Assembly: GCA_035193785.1 (NCBI GenBank)
Contig: CP136572.1
Span: forward strand, 1,684,578-1,748,577
Direction of reading: 5' to 3'
From: Planktothrix sp. GU0601_MAG3
GTDB taxonomy: Bacteria > Cyanobacteriota > Cyanobacteriia > Cyanobacteriales > Microcoleaceae
Length of the DNA stretch: 64,000 bases
In this document: positions 44,957-56,786 of the stretch, piece by piece
Numbering within the stretch: position 1 is the first letter of the stretch
Layout of the letters: every line of letters starts with the position of its first letter
Notes under the pieces: model-generated
The model's database searches: none
What the model saw: only the letters and a program-made list of their open reading frames with translations
Told to the model about the DNA's origin: nothing
Translations under genes and position numbers: made by a program

Positions 44957-46567
44957 TTATTCAGTCAATTTTAATCGAAATAGGGACAGGTGATTAATCA
45001 TCGCTTGGGTTAATCCTTCTAAAGTATATTCTTGGGGTTCAATATCTACTCGTCCCAACAAACTTTGACAACTTTTAGAAGTTTGGGGGCCAATGGAAGC
45101 AATACAAATCCCGTCTAAATAATTGGGGGGTAAGGATTGTTCCGGTAGGGCTTGAATCAGTTGGCAGAAATTTTTAACGGTTTTAGAACTAGCAAAAGTA
45201 ATTATATCAATTTTTTTACTCCGTAGAGCTTCTAAAACTTCAGGGGAAATATTATCAGGACAACCGGATTCATAGGCGGCAACTTCTATCACAATTGCTC
45301 CTTTGGCGGTTAATTCCTGCACTAAAATTTCCCGTCCTCCGGTTTCAACTCGAGGGAATAAAATTCTTTTTCCTTCTAGGGACTCTGGGAAATGTTCGAC
45401 TAAAGAATCCGCAATAAAATCCGGCGGAATAAAATCCGGTTTTAAACAAAGTTTTTGTAAACTAGAGGCGGTTTTTTTCCCGACTACGGCGATTTTAGTT
45501 TTACCTAAACTGCGGGTATCTTTTCCCAGGGTAATTAATCGATTAAAAAAGTATTCTACTCCATTAGAAGATGTCAAAATTAACCAATCAAAGCTATGTT
45601 CTGACGAACTTCCTAATTGTTGAATAGCTTGATCTAAACTCTCCCAACTAGACGGAGGGGTAATGACTAAAGCGGGCATTTCAATAACAATTGCTCCTTG
45701 AGCTTTTAATAAGTCACTTTGGAGACTTGATTGTTCGACGGAACGAGTTACTAATATAGTTTTACCAAATAGGGGTTGGTTCATAGTAGCCGAATTTAAA
45801 ATAGAATTTTGAGGCAGTTTTTCCAGTTGCCAAGGGTATTGATCTGGGTTAATAAAATCCCGTAGGCGAACAACTTCACCCACCACAATTACACAGGGAG
45901 ATAGGGATTGATTGGCTGTTATTTCTACAATATCATTTAATGTACCCACCCAAACTTTTTGTTGGGGACAACCGCCGGATTGAATAATAGCAATTGGGGT
46001 TTGAGGAAGTCTTTCATGGCGTAAAAGTTGATGGACAATTTCGGCTAAATTCCGTCCTCCCATTAAAATAACTAGGGTTTCTATCTGGGAAACAATTTGC
46101 CAATCTAGGGCTTCTAAATCATGGGCGGTTAGGACGGCAAAACAACGACTCATCACCGGGTCAGTTAGGGGAATATGGGCGAGGGTTGGAGCCGCTAAAG
46201 CTGAAGAAAGTCCGGGGATTACTTCAAATTGGCATTGGGATTCAATTAAGGCTTGAATTTCCGATGTTGTCCGCCCAAAAATAAAAGGATCACCTCCTTT
46301 TAAACGAATTACTTGTTTTCCAGCTTGACAATGTTGAACTAATAATTGATTGATTTCAGTTTGGAGAGTGCTGGGTTTTCCACCGCGTTTTCCGACTTCT
46401 AATTTTAAACAATTTTTCGAGACTAAGGTTAAAATAGAATCATCGACTAAAGCATCATAAATGATGACTTCCGCTTGGGAAAGTAACTGTTGGGCTTGTA
46501 GGGTAAGATAGGCAATTTCCCCTAGCCCAGCCCCCATTAAATAAACTTTTCCAGTTGGGTTGATCAT
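44957..46567 (-). CDS. cobA: Uroporphyrinogen-III C-methyltransferase/uroporphyrinogen-III synthase fusion (CobA-HemD)
   Basis: VYLMGAG, RLKGGDPFIFGR, LTSSNGV, FASSKTV, SIGPQT. Confidence 0.93.
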   Translation of the reverse strand: MINPTGKVYLMGAGLGEIAYLTLQAQQLLSQAEVIIYDALVDDSILTLVSKNCLKLEVGKRGGKPSTLQTEINQLLVQHCQAGKQVIRLKGGDPFIFGRTTSEIQALIESQCQFEVIPGLSSALAAPTLAHIPLTDPVMSRCFAVLTAHDLEALDWQIVSQIETLVILMGGRNLAEIVHQLLRHERLPQTPIAIIQSGGCPQQKVWVGTLNDIVEITANQSLSPCVIVVGEVVRLRDFINPDQYPWQLEKLPQNSILNSATMNQPLFGKTILVTRSVEQSSLQSDLLKAQGAIVIEMPALVITPPSSWESLDQAIQQLGSSSEHSFDWLILTSSNGVEYFFNRLITLGKDTRSLGKTKIAVVGKKTASSLQKLCLKPDFIPPDFIADSLVEHFPESLEGKRILFPRVETGGREILVQELTAKGAIVIEVAAYESGCPDNISPEVLEALRSKKIDIITFASSKTVKNFCQLIQALPEQSLPPNYLDGICIASIGPQTSKSCQSLLGRVDIEPQEYTLEGLTQAMINHLSLFRLKLTE

Positions 46568-46792
46568 TGATAAATTTCATAAAAATTCAGGTTCAAATCT
46601 AATTTTATCCTAATTTCAGGGTGTGAAACTTTAAGAAGTGTCACAGGAGCGATCGCAATCTGAATATTTTTATCCATAATCGGGATTAAAAGGGAATAGG
46701 GAATAGGGGTAATACTTCTGGCAGTTTCATGTCAGTATTAAAATATTACAACTAATTTAGGATTGCTATATTATTAATGAGGATTGATCATT

Positions 46793-47570
46793 ATGAGAAT
46801 ACAGTTTAATTATGGTTTTTTTGGTTTGGGATTAACCATCATTTTGTTAATTTTATTTAGTGTATTACAATGGTTGCAAATTTCGGCGGGAACCTTTTTA
46901 GATTGGGTAATTGCCTGTGCCATTTTTTGGTGGTTATTATTAATTGTAACCGTTCCTTGGAATATTCATTTTGAAGCTAAAGAAGTTTTAGCCGAAGCCG
47001 AAGAATCGAAAAAAAAAGGGATTCCCGTTGAAGCGAAACAAGTGGAATATGTGACCAAGTTAGCCCGACGTTCCTTGGGGGTGGCTTTGGGTTTACATTT
47101 GATATCTACTTTCGGACTTTATGGGTTAGCTTGGTCGGGAATTAGTCTGGTCGGTTATTTGGGTGCGGGGGCGGCTTTATTATTAACTATTTTACGGCCA
47201 TCGGTGCGGGCTTACCAATATTTATCAATCCGATTATCCATGGTTTCGCCGTCAAATTTCCTATCCCCGCGAGGACGTGGTAGAACTGCGAAATCGCTTT
47301 GAAACTATAGAATTAACTTTGAAAGAATTACAACGCCAATTAAACCTCAAATATGCGGATTCTTGGGCTTCTCAACAGGAACAAAGATGGCAAGCAACCC
47401 GCCAAGATTTCACCCGATTAACGGCGGATTTGGAATCCTTAAAATCCACTAATTTATCCGAACATGAGCGTTTAGAAAAAGAAGCTAAAAATGCGATCGC
47501 TCAATTAACCACCGATGGACAATTCCTTAATCATGTTAGGGAAATTATTAGATTTGTAAAAGAGGCCTAA
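46793..47570 (+). CDS. Conserved membrane protein with C-terminal coiled coil; apparent frameshift at 47243
   Basis: Four hydrophobic segments, TVPWNIHF; joins as MVRRQISYPREDV. Confidence 0.72.
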
Positions 47571-47639
47571 AGATGGGGGGGGAGAAGGGAAAATAATCAT
47601 CTTTCTCCCTTTTTTGTGTCTTTGTGTATTTGTGTTTTC

Positions 47640-48993
47640 TTAAATTTCATAAAGTCTTCTGAGTAAGGCTAAAATTTGATCGCCGTAGGTAGAATCATCT
47701 GACCATCTCCCGCTTAATTGTTGGACAAAAGGAGCAATTCCTCGGGTAACAAATTCAAAGCGAGGATCAACAATATCTTGGACTAAAGGTTCATAACTTG
47801 CATAGGCTTTTAGATGTTGAATATGGGCCCTAACTCCGATTTGAATTGTGGGGAAAGAAGCACTTTCTGCCGCTCCCCCCAAACTTCCTAAACCTCCAAA
47901 ATTGTTTTGTTCGGGTTTGAGAGTTCCGCCAAATTTTAGAAAGTCAGTTTCCAAACACATTTGACAAAATGCAATATCATGGTTTACTCCTTCTATGGCC
48001 GCTTCTTCTCGATAAAATTTAGCAATTTCAGGCACGGTATTGGGCATCTGATAATCTTGAGTTTTAATAAACATAATTAGTTGAACTTCTGTGGTTAAAC
48101 CATTGCCCATAATTTGATCCATTTGACTATTATAGGGACGAATATTAGAACGAAAAACCACACTTCGATTGGGATTATCCCAGCCCACATAAATTCCAAA
48201 ATTCTTGAAATCAACAGCCCGAATATAAACAATATTATTATGTTTAATTCTTCTAATTCTAGCAGAAATTTGTGATAAATTCAATCCAAATTTATCGACT
48301 AGATCAATGGGAATATAAGCATTTCCATTAACTAAAATCCCATTTTCCCCATAGCGACGACCATTAATATTAATTCCAATAGAACCATAAACTGGCGTAC
48401 CTGGGGGAACAGTTGGAATAGGATTTGTTGGACTATTTCCTAACCAATTAGTGAGTCCATTGGCAATTCCAATCGCCATATCTTGACGTCGGGTTTGAAT
48501 CAAAGCCCGATCGGTGGGATTAGTTAGAAATCCCAATTCCAGATAGAGGGAAGGAATACTAATCCAACGGCAAAAAATTAAACTTCCTAAGCCAGTTTCG
48601 GTGTCCGGTTTTGCCCCTCGATTGGGGAGTTGAGGGACTTGTTGCAGCAGGGATAATAATAGGGATTCCGCGTCTTGTTTTCGAGATTGATTGCCCGCAA
48701 TATAAAAGGCTGTAGCCCCTCGAATTAGGGGGTTTGATGAGCCTCCTATTTGCAATTCTAAGGCGATATCTCCTGGGCGAGAATGGGTATTAATCCAATC
48801 AATGGTTTGAGTTTGACTCAAATCATCGGGAAACCGAAATCACTTGTAAACCCCGAGAGCGCAATTCACCGACGACTAAATCCCGAATCCGAATCATTTC
48901 TTGGGCTTCAGTTGTTCCCCCAGCAACCGTACCTGGGTCTCTTACACCATTTTCAAATCCTCCATGACCTGCGGATAAAAAAATTCTTGTCAT
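47640..48993 (-). CDS. tftA: N-acetylmuramoyl-L-alanine amidase plus glucosaminidase-like domain (TftA-like); apparent frameshift at 48830
   Basis: RIFLSAGHGG..DPG..GGTTEA, (S)VPDDLS, ELGFLTN, AFCQMCLET, AHIQHLKAYAS. Confidence 0.78.
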
Positions 48994-49050
48994 TAGTTTA
49001 TGCTCTCAATTTTAAGTTTAATATTAAGGTTAAATATTTTAATTCCCATT

Positions 49051-49419
49051 ATGGTTTTACACTGTAATCAGGCATTTGTCACCCTTGCTGATCCAAAAAT
49101 GGAAATTTTGGTTGAGTTTTATGCTCAACTGTTCGGAATACAACCGTTAAATTATATTCCCCATTGTTATGCGGAATTTCAGTTAGCGAGTTTGAAATTA
49201 GGAATTTTTCAACCTAAAGCTACTGATGTTTCTGAATTTTCTCCGACGGGTAAAACGGGGATGAGTATGTGTTTAGAAGTCCCGGATTTAGAACAAGCGA
49301 TCGCCCATTTAGAAAATCTAGGATATCCTCCCCCGGGAGAAATCATCATGGCTGCCCATGGTCGAGAAATTTATGCTTATGATCCCATGGGAAACCGTTT
49401 AATTTTATATCAAATTTAG
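49051..49419 (+). CDS. VOC/glyoxalase-family protein
   Basis: YAEFQL, LEVPDLEQAI, HGREIYAYDPMGNR. Confidence 0.85.
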   Translation: MVLHCNQAFVTLADPKMEILVEFYAQLFGIQPLNYIPHCYAEFQLASLKLGIFQPKATDVSEFSPTGKTGMSMCLEVPDLEQAIAHLENLGYPPPGEIIMAAHGREIYAYDPMGNRLILYQI

Positions 49420-49428
49420 GGGAATTAT

Positions 49429-49722
49429 TCACCCCATAAAATCCAAGAGGGTGTAAAGGCTTAGAATTAACAATAATATTGCCAGTTTTTGGGTAAGTGC
49501 TGGACGGGGGGAGGGAATCATGGCTTCCCGAATTAAAATCGAAGTAGATGATCCCGCGACATAACTCATCGACAGCACCAAATAGGGCCATTGTTGATTC
49601 CCTATCCAAATTAAGAGTAAAAAAAATCCCAATATTAACATCAGTAACTCAATAAATTGAGGTGGGTTATATTGGGCTGATAAAACTAAAGTTTGCCACC
49701 AAAAATTCCAACGTCTCAACAT
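49429..49722 (-). CDS. Small membrane protein
   Basis: Three hydrophobic segments. Confidence 0.6.
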   Translation of the reverse strand: MLRRWNFWWQTLVLSAQYNPPQFIELLMLILGFFLLLIWIGNQQWPYLVLSMSYVAGSSTSILIREAMIPSPRPALTQKLAILLLILSLYTLLDFMG

Positions 49723-49749
49723 GATTAATCATCAATTGTGCATCGGAAT

Positions 49750-50490
49750 TTATTGTAGCCAAGTTTGTTGTTGTAAATTGGATAAAGCCGTTTCTGTCTC
49801 TACTTGCTCAAACTGTTGATAAAACCGACCAACATTAAAAAAAGGATAGGGAGTTTCTAATACAATAACCCGTTCGCCCCATTGCTGCATAGAAGGAATT
49901 AATTCTAGTGGTGCCACGGGAACACAAATCCAAATTGCCAGGGGGTGATGGGCTTTTAATGCCTTTGCCGCCACGGCCATGGTCATTCCGGTGGCAATAC
50001 CATCATCGACAATCAAGGCTAAAGCTCCATGGGGGTTAATCTCAGGACAGGCCGGAGAGAGCCTTTCCCAAGCCTGCTGGGCTTTTGTCTGAGCCTGTTC
50101 TAACATCTTCTGTTGAAGCTGAAGATCTAGGGGTTTGCGTTTCGACCATAAAACATGGCCATCGGAGGTCACTGCACCCAAGGCTAATTCTGGGTTATCG
50201 GGGAAGGTGATTTTTTTGGCTACAATCACACTCAAAGGAGCGTGCAACCCCCTAGCAATGGGTACGGCCACGGGTACACCCCCCCGGGGTAAGGCATAAA
50301 CAACAATTTTTGTATCCCGATTTGGGTGTTCTAAACTCATCTGCAACAAAATTTCTTTTGCCAGTTCTTCACCCGCTTGAGTTCGATCTTTAAATATTGG
50401 TGTGAATAACATGATCTGCTTGCCCCCGATCATTGCATCATCTCTATGATGACTGTTGCCGTTGAGAGTTGCAACTTCAGAAATTCCCAC
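49750..50490 (-). CDS. Phosphoribosyltransferase-family protein (start may be 50411)
   Basis: FKDRTQAG, ALPRGGVPV, IVDDGIATG, VGRFYQQF. Confidence 0.88.
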   Translation of the reverse strand: MGISEVATLNGNSHHRDDAMIGGKQIMLFTPIFKDRTQAGEELAKEILLQMSLEHPNRDTKIVVYALPRGGVPVAVPIARGLHAPLSVIVAKKITFPDNPELALGAVTSDGHVLWSKRKPLDLQLQQKMLEQAQTKAQQAWERLSPACPEINPHGALALIVDDGIATGMTMAVAAKALKAHHPLAIWICVPVAPLELIPSMQQWGERVIVLETPYPFFNVGRFYQQFEQVETETALSNLQQQTWLQ

Positions 50491-50566
50491 TGGATGGAAA
50501 ATAGTTGTAAATTGGGTATCGGTTAATCATTAATACCCCATACCCTAAATTTTACTACCTTTGATT

Positions 50567-51265
50567 ATGTCTGATCACGAACAACTGAGTTTATTTGATT
50601 TTACAAATACTGAATCTGCTGCCCCGTCAACAAATTTCAATCGGGATTTAATTCCGACCGATGCTAAAATTGCAATTCCTGTAGGAACTTATCAAACCTT
50701 AGAAGAAATTGCTAACCATTGTAATCATTGTTATCGATGTGAATTAGGGCAAAATCGTACCCATGCGGTTATTGGTCGTGGCAATATTCAAGCGCCAATT
50801 ATGATTATCGGGGAGGCGCCGGGGCAAAATGAAGATGAGCAGGGTTTACCTTTTGTTGGGAGGTCGGGACAACTGTTAGAAAAAATTTTGGAATCCGTTG
50901 GTTTAACTACGGAAAAACAGGTTTATATTTCTAATGCCATTCGCTGTCGTCCGCCGAGTAATCGCACCCCCACCCCGCAAGAAATTGAAGCCTGTAAACC
51001 CTATTTATTAGAACAAATTCGTTTAGTTAATCCTAAAATTATTTTATTAACTGGCGCAACGGCGGTTAAATCTCTGTTGGGAGATAAACGGGGAATTAGT
51101 AAAATTAGGGGGCAATGGATGGAGTGGGAAGGTCGATTATGTATGCCGATTTTCCACCCAGCTTATTTATTAAGAAATCCTGCGAAGGAACCCGGATCTC
51201 CAAAATGGTTAATGTGGCAAGATATTCAGAAAGTTCAAGATAAATTGAATGAATTAATTAATTAA
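50567..51265 (+). CDS. Uracil-DNA glycosylase family 4
   Basis: CYRCEL, GEAPG, PFVGRSG, CRPPSNR, FHPAYLLR. Confidence 0.93.
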   Translation: MSDHEQLSLFDFTNTESAAPSTNFNRDLIPTDAKIAIPVGTYQTLEEIANHCNHCYRCELGQNRTHAVIGRGNIQAPIMIIGEAPGQNEDEQGLPFVGRSGQLLEKILESVGLTTEKQVYISNAIRCRPPSNRTPTPQEIEACKPYLLEQIRLVNPKIILLTGATAVKSLLGDKRGISKIRGQWMEWEGRLCMPIFHPAYLLRNPAKEPGSPKWLMWQDIQKVQDKLNELIN

Positions 51266-51442
51266 ATATCGCCCCCGTAGTGAGCCCTTCAGGGCTCTCT
51301 TAGAGCGTGATTAATGATCTCAATCACAGATAAACCCACCCCTAAAACCAATAAATAATTTAGTTTGGGCGATGGGCAATCCTGAACACCCTCTTTTGTG
51401 ATAACTTATAAATAATAATTATGAGGTTAAATAAATAATATC

Positions 51443-52634
51443 ATGGGTCTTTCTATTCTAAGTTTAATTCGGTTAAGTTGCAGTTCCTTATTAGCTAATC
51501 CCGTCCGTTCTTTTCTATCAGGAATTGGGGTATTTATGGGAGTCGCGGCGGTGAGTGCCACCTTGCAAGTTAAAAATATTAGCACGGCGGTTATTAAGCA
51601 ACAATTAGATGAACGAGATGCACCACAAATTGGTATAGATTCACCCCGGAACCCGATTACAGAACAGTGGGCAGAACTTAGTTTAGAAGATATCATAATC
51701 CTGAAAAAACAGTTAAAAGGCTTAAAATCTATTAGTGGCAGCAGTGGGTTATACTGGTCGGTACAGGCTGTTTTTCAGAATCAGAAAGCCGATCCCTCTT
51801 TACAGGCTATGACCGTCGATTTTTTAAACACATCAGGACGTAAATTAATTGCTGGACGACCTTTTAATTCCAGTGATTTTGAAACCTATCAACCCGTGGT
51901 TATTATTGATCAATTTTTAGCAGATAAACTCTTTGGAAGTACAGATCCTTTAGGAAAAACTATTTATATTAATTTTAGACCCTATGTAGTGGTTGGGATT
52001 GTTGTAACTAAACCTCTATGGAGCGGGCAAGAACCAAAAGGGTTTGTTTATGTTCCGATGGCAATTCATAGTGCAGTTACAGGACGAAAAGAAATCGAAA
52101 GTTTGCTCTTGCGTCCCTCTAAAATTGAAAATTTAGATTCTATGAGTGAACAGGCTAAAAAAATATTAGAAAAAAGGTTTTCTGGGTATGAAATTTATCC
52201 TTGGAACACATCTGAGGACATTTTGGAACAACAAAAAACCCTGGATTCTGTTTCTAAAGCCCTATTAGTGGTCGGTACAATTTCTTTAATTATAGGCGGA
52301 GTTGGAATTGCTAATATTACCATCGCCTCAGTCATAGAAACGTACCCCAGAAATTGGACTCAGGCGGGCGGTGGGTGCGACCCAATTAGATATTATGTTA
52401 CAGTTTATTTTAGAAGTCGCTATTTTGAGTTTTGTGGGAGGAACTATTGCGATTATCACTATTCATGGTGCGACGGTTGTTGTGGCTAAACAATTTAAGT
52501 TACCATATAAGTTTGAACATAAAACGGCTGCATTAGCTCTGAGTTCCGCCATATTAGTTGGAGTAGGAGCAGGATTTTTTCCCGCCTTACGGGCCAGTCA
52601 ACTTGACCCAGTAAAAGCGTTAAGAGGAGAATAA
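51443..52634 (+). CDS. MacB-like ABC transporter permease; apparent frameshift at 52337
   Basis: RSFLSGIGVFMG, GGVGIANI, ERTPEIGLRRAVGA, LDPVKAL. Confidence 0.9.
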
Positions 52635-52656
52635 AAACCATTAAAAACACCGCATT

Positions 52657-53841
52657 ATGAGTCTTTCTAGTCTAAGTTTAATTAAATTAAGTTGCAGTTC
52701 CTTATTAGGGAGTCCAGTCCGTTCTTTATTATCAGGAATTGGGGTATTTATGGGGGTAGCTGCGGTGAGTGCAACCCTGCAAGTGGGTAATATTAGCAAG
52801 GCGGTGATTGAGCAACAATTAGCTGAAGAAGAGGCTCCGCAAATTTATATCTTTTCACGAGGAAATCAGATTACTGGACAGTCAACACCACTCAGTTTAG
52901 ACGATATTACCATATTAAAGCAACAGTTAAAAGGACTAAAATCAATTAGTGGCTTCAATTGGATGCTCAACCCAGAGATTATTTTTCGAGATAACCAAGC
53001 AAACCCTAATGTTCGGGCTGCAACCATCGATTTTTTAAACACATCAGGAACTAAATTACTAGCTGGGCGTTCTTTTACCTCTAGTGATTTTGAAAGCTAT
53101 AAACCTGTCATTATTATTGATCAATTTTTAGTTGATAAACTCTTTGAAAGTATAGATCCTTTGGGTAAAAATGTTTATCTAAATCTTCGACCTTATACCG
53201 TAATTGGAATTATTAAGCACAAATATGATGAGGGGAGAGAACCCTATGGAGTTATTTATGTTCCAATGGCTATTTACAGTGCAATTACAGGTGGAGAAAC
53301 CATTAGAATTATGTCATTACGTCCCTATGAAATTGAAAATTTAGATATTTTAGAAAAACAAGCAATAAAAATATTAGAACAACGCTTTACCGGGCATAAA
53401 TTTGGGGCTTATAATAATATTCAAGAAATTTTAGAACAGAAAAAAACCCTGGATTCCGTTTCAAAAGCGTTATTAGTTGTAGGTGCGATCGCTTTAATTG
53501 TAGGAGGAATTGGAATTGCTAATATTACCATCGCCTCGGTGATAGAACGTACCCCAGAAATTGGGCTCAGGCGGGCGGTGGGTGCGACCCAATTAGATAT
53601 TATGTTGCAATTTATTTTAGAGGCGGCTATTTTAAGTTTAATTGGGGGAACTATTGCCATTGTCACCGTTCATGGTGCAACGGTTATTGTAGCCAAACAA
53701 TTTAAGTTACCCTATAAATTTGAAAATAGAACGGCTATATTGGCTCTGAGTTCGGCTATATTAGTAGGAGTAGGAGCCGGATTTTTCCCAGCTTTACGCG
53801 CCAGTCAACTTGACCCCGTAAAAGCCTTAAAAGGAGAATAG
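52657..53841 (+). CDS. MacB-like ABC transporter permease (tandem paralog)
   Basis: Same motifs; intact ORF. Confidence 0.92.
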   Translation: MSLSSLSLIKLSCSSLLGSPVRSLLSGIGVFMGVAAVSATLQVGNISKAVIEQQLAEEEAPQIYIFSRGNQITGQSTPLSLDDITILKQQLKGLKSISGFNWMLNPEIIFRDNQANPNVRAATIDFLNTSGTKLLAGRSFTSSDFESYKPVIIIDQFLVDKLFESIDPLGKNVYLNLRPYTVIGIIKHKYDEGREPYGVIYVPMAIYSAITGGETIRIMSLRPYEIENLDILEKQAIKILEQRFTGHKFGAYNNIQEILEQKKTLDSVSKALLVVGAIALIVGGIGIANITIASVIERTPEIGLRRAVGATQLDIMLQFILEAAILSLIGGTIAIVTVHGATVIVAKQFKLPYKFENRTAILALSSAILVGVGAGFFPALRASQLDPVKALKGE

Positions 53842-53883
53842 GGGAAAATAAATAATTGAACACAAAATCAGGGATTAAGGGTT

Positions 53884-55842
53884 ATGCAAGAACAGCATCA
53901 TTTAGAATTAGAATCATCAGTTAACTCGGAAAATTCACTAGAATCTGAATCGTTAAATCTTTTACCTTTAGGAATAATTTTAACCTTAATCTCCGGTGTA
54001 GGCGGGGTAATTTTTATGGCCCTTCCTTCCCAACCAATTAATAATCCATCCTCTACAAAGTTAGAATTATTCTCTCCTCTAATTCCTGCGGTTCAACCTC
54101 CGGCTAATTTTAATCCAGTTCCTCCACCTGCTCCTATTAATTTTACCATGGGAAATTTAATTGCTCCACCTTCTATCAAATCTAACGACATTTTTGGAAT
54201 TTTAGAAAATACTAACCCGAATAATAATTCAGTTATTGAATTAAATAATTTGGAACAAAATATATATTTAATTCCTGATACTGAAGATTTTAATATAGAT
54301 AATTATTCGTTTAAAGTTGAGCCAGAGAAAGCAAATCCTAGGGAAACAATAGAAAATAATATGACCTCTCTAAATTTAACCGCAAATCGTCCCCAATATC
54401 AGAGGATGACTCAACAACCTTCAGAGGTTCAACCTTCCCCTTCCCCTGAAACCGATGGCGTTGAATTGACCTTAAATGATGTGATTTTTTTGGGCTTAGA
54501 AAATAACCGGACGATTAAAAATCAACATTTAGAACGCATTGTCCAACGTCAGGATTTAATCGTAGCTGAGGATAAATTTAATCCAAATTTTACCCCGAGT
54601 TTATCAATTAACTGGAATGATACTAGTCAGGGAAATTCAACCGTGATGAGGAATGGTTTAAAGTTATCAGCAGGATTAGTAATTAAAATTCCCACGGGGG
54701 GAGAGTTCAATATGCGTTGGTTTGGACGGAGAGAACAACAAAATCATCAAGGTTCGGGAGGTTCGGATCGAGATGTTTTAAGACAAAATTTAGCATTAGT
54801 TTTTAGGCAACCTTTATTAAAGGGAGCAGGTCAAAGGGTTAACCGTGCTGATATTGAAATTGCCCGGATAACAGAAACTATTAATTTCCTCGAGTTGAAA
54901 TCTACTTTAATTAATAAAATAACTGAAATTATTATATCCTACCGCAGTGTATTACAAGCTCAAGAGCGAGTTAACATTGCTTTCCAATCTTTAGACAATG
55001 CCAAAAAAGAAGTAGAAAATACTAAGGTTTTTATTGATGCTGGGCGTAAACCTAGAGCCGATTTAATTACGGTAGAATCTCAAGTTGCTGCTCAAGAAAT
55101 AGCTTTATTAAGTTCTCGCAATGATTTAAAGCAACAACGACTGGATTTATTGGAATTATTAGATATTGATGAAGATGTTAATATCATAGCATCTGAAAAC
55201 TTAGAAATTCAGCCCCTAACCTTAGATATTGATCAGATCAGACAGTCTAGTCTTGAGAATCAACCGAGTTATTTAACCGCAAAATTGAATTTAGAAAATG
55301 CCAAAACAAAATTAATTGTAGCTGAAAATAATCGCCGTTGGAATATTGATTTAGAAACATTGGTTAAACATGATCCGGCACCAAATATTATTGAAAATAG
55401 AACTGAATTAAGTGCTGGATTGACTGTTAGTAAAGCCCTGGGTGATCGCAGTATAGAGCGGGATTTTCAACGGAGTCGAGTTGATGTTTTAAAAGCAGAA
55501 ACAGATTTAAAAGAAACGATGCAAAAAGTTAATACTGAGGTGACTAAAAATTTACAAAATATTGAATTGAACTTTAAAAAAGTTGAATTATCTCGACGGG
55601 CGACGGAGTTAGCTCAACAGCAACTGCTTAACCAAGTAGAGAAAATTAAGTTAGGTGTAGAGGGGGCGACACTTTTAGATCTCGTCCGGTTTCAAACAGA
55701 CTTAGATACAGCTAAAAATGACGAGTTAAATGCTAGAATAGAGTATCTGAATGCTTTAACTAATTTAGAAAAAAGCCTGGGTATAACCTTAGAAACCTGG
55801 AAGATCACCCTAGAACAACAACCTCAGCAAAATAATGAATGA
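53884..55842 (+). CDS. TolC-family outer-membrane efflux protein with long N-terminal extension
   Basis: LTLNDVIFLGLENN, QPLLKGAG, helical OEP-like repeats. Confidence 0.85.
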   Translation: MQEQHHLELESSVNSENSLESESLNLLPLGIILTLISGVGGVIFMALPSQPINNPSSTKLELFSPLIPAVQPPANFNPVPPPAPINFTMGNLIAPPSIKSNDIFGILENTNPNNNSVIELNNLEQNIYLIPDTEDFNIDNYSFKVEPEKANPRETIENNMTSLNLTANRPQYQRMTQQPSEVQPSPSPETDGVELTLNDVIFLGLENNRTIKNQHLERIVQRQDLIVAEDKFNPNFTPSLSINWNDTSQGNSTVMRNGLKLSAGLVIKIPTGGEFNMRWFGRREQQNHQGSGGSDRDVLRQNLALVFRQPLLKGAGQRVNRADIEIARITETINFLELKSTLINKITEIIISYRSVLQAQERVNIAFQSLDNAKKEVENTKVFIDAGRKPRADLITVESQVAAQEIALLSSRNDLKQQRLDLLELLDIDEDVNIIASENLEIQPLTLDIDQIRQSSLENQPSYLTAKLNLENAKTKLIVAENNRRWNIDLETLVKHDPAPNIIENRTELSAGLTVSKALGDRSIERDFQRSRVDVLKAETDLKETMQKVNTEVTKNLQNIELNFKKVELSRRATELAQQQLLNQVEKIKLGVEGATLLDLVRFQTDLDTAKNDELNARIEYLNALTNLEKSLGITLETWKITLEQQPQQNNE

Positions 55843-56786
55843 TTCCGCTCTGATTGAGTTAACCGTAGACCCGGAAAATTTACCCCAGGATAAACAGCAT
55901 CGACGGTTAGATGTCTGGTTATCTGAACAGATTCCTGATCTATCTCGATCGCGGATTCAAAACTTAATTGGCGCCGGATGGGTAAAAATTAATCAACAGG
56001 TTTGTACTACTAAAAAAGTGTCTGTGCAAGGTGGCGATCGCTTAGAAATAATTCTCCCACCCCCCCAACCTTTAGACTTAGAAGCAGTAAATATTCCCCT
56101 GGATATTTTATATGAAGATGATTGTCTTTTAATTCTGAATAAACCGGCGGGATTAGTTGTTCATCCCTCCCCAGGACATCAGAATGATACCCTGGTTAAT
56201 CGTTTATTAGCCCATTGTGATCAATTATCAGGAATTGGTGGGGTACAAAGACCAGGAATTGTGCATCGTTTAGATAAGGATACCACCGGGGCAATGGTGG
56301 TGGCAAAAACAGATTTTGCCCTGCAAAGTTTACAAGCTCAAATTAAGTCTAAAACTGCCCGTCGTCAATATTTAGGTGTAGTTTATGGAGTTCCCAGAAC
56401 CAAATCAGGAACGATTAATCAACCCATTGGTCGCCATCCGATTGATCGCAAAAAAATGGCAATTGTTTCCCGTAGAAAATGGGGGACGGGAAGCGATTAC
56501 CTATTGGCAAATGCAAGAGCGAATCGGAAACTATACGTTAATGTTATTTACCTTAGAAACTGGGCGCACCCATCAAATTCGGGTGCATACTGCTTTCATG
56601 GGAAATCCGATTGTGGGTGATCCCGAATATAGTCGAGGAAAAGCGATTGGTGTGAATTTACCTGGACAGGCGCTTCATGCTTGGAAATTAACCTTAAATC
56701 ATCCCATTTCAGGGGAACAAATTGAAGCGATCGCCCCGATTCCAGATACTCTAAAAACGCTTTTAGAAGTCCTACGTCGTCGTTAA
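55835..56786 (+). CDS. rluD: RluA/RluD-family pseudouridine synthase; apparent frameshift at 56465
   Basis: S4 domain RLDVWL, NKPAGLVVHP, HRLDKDTTG, LETGRTHQIRVH, QALHA. Confidence 0.92.
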
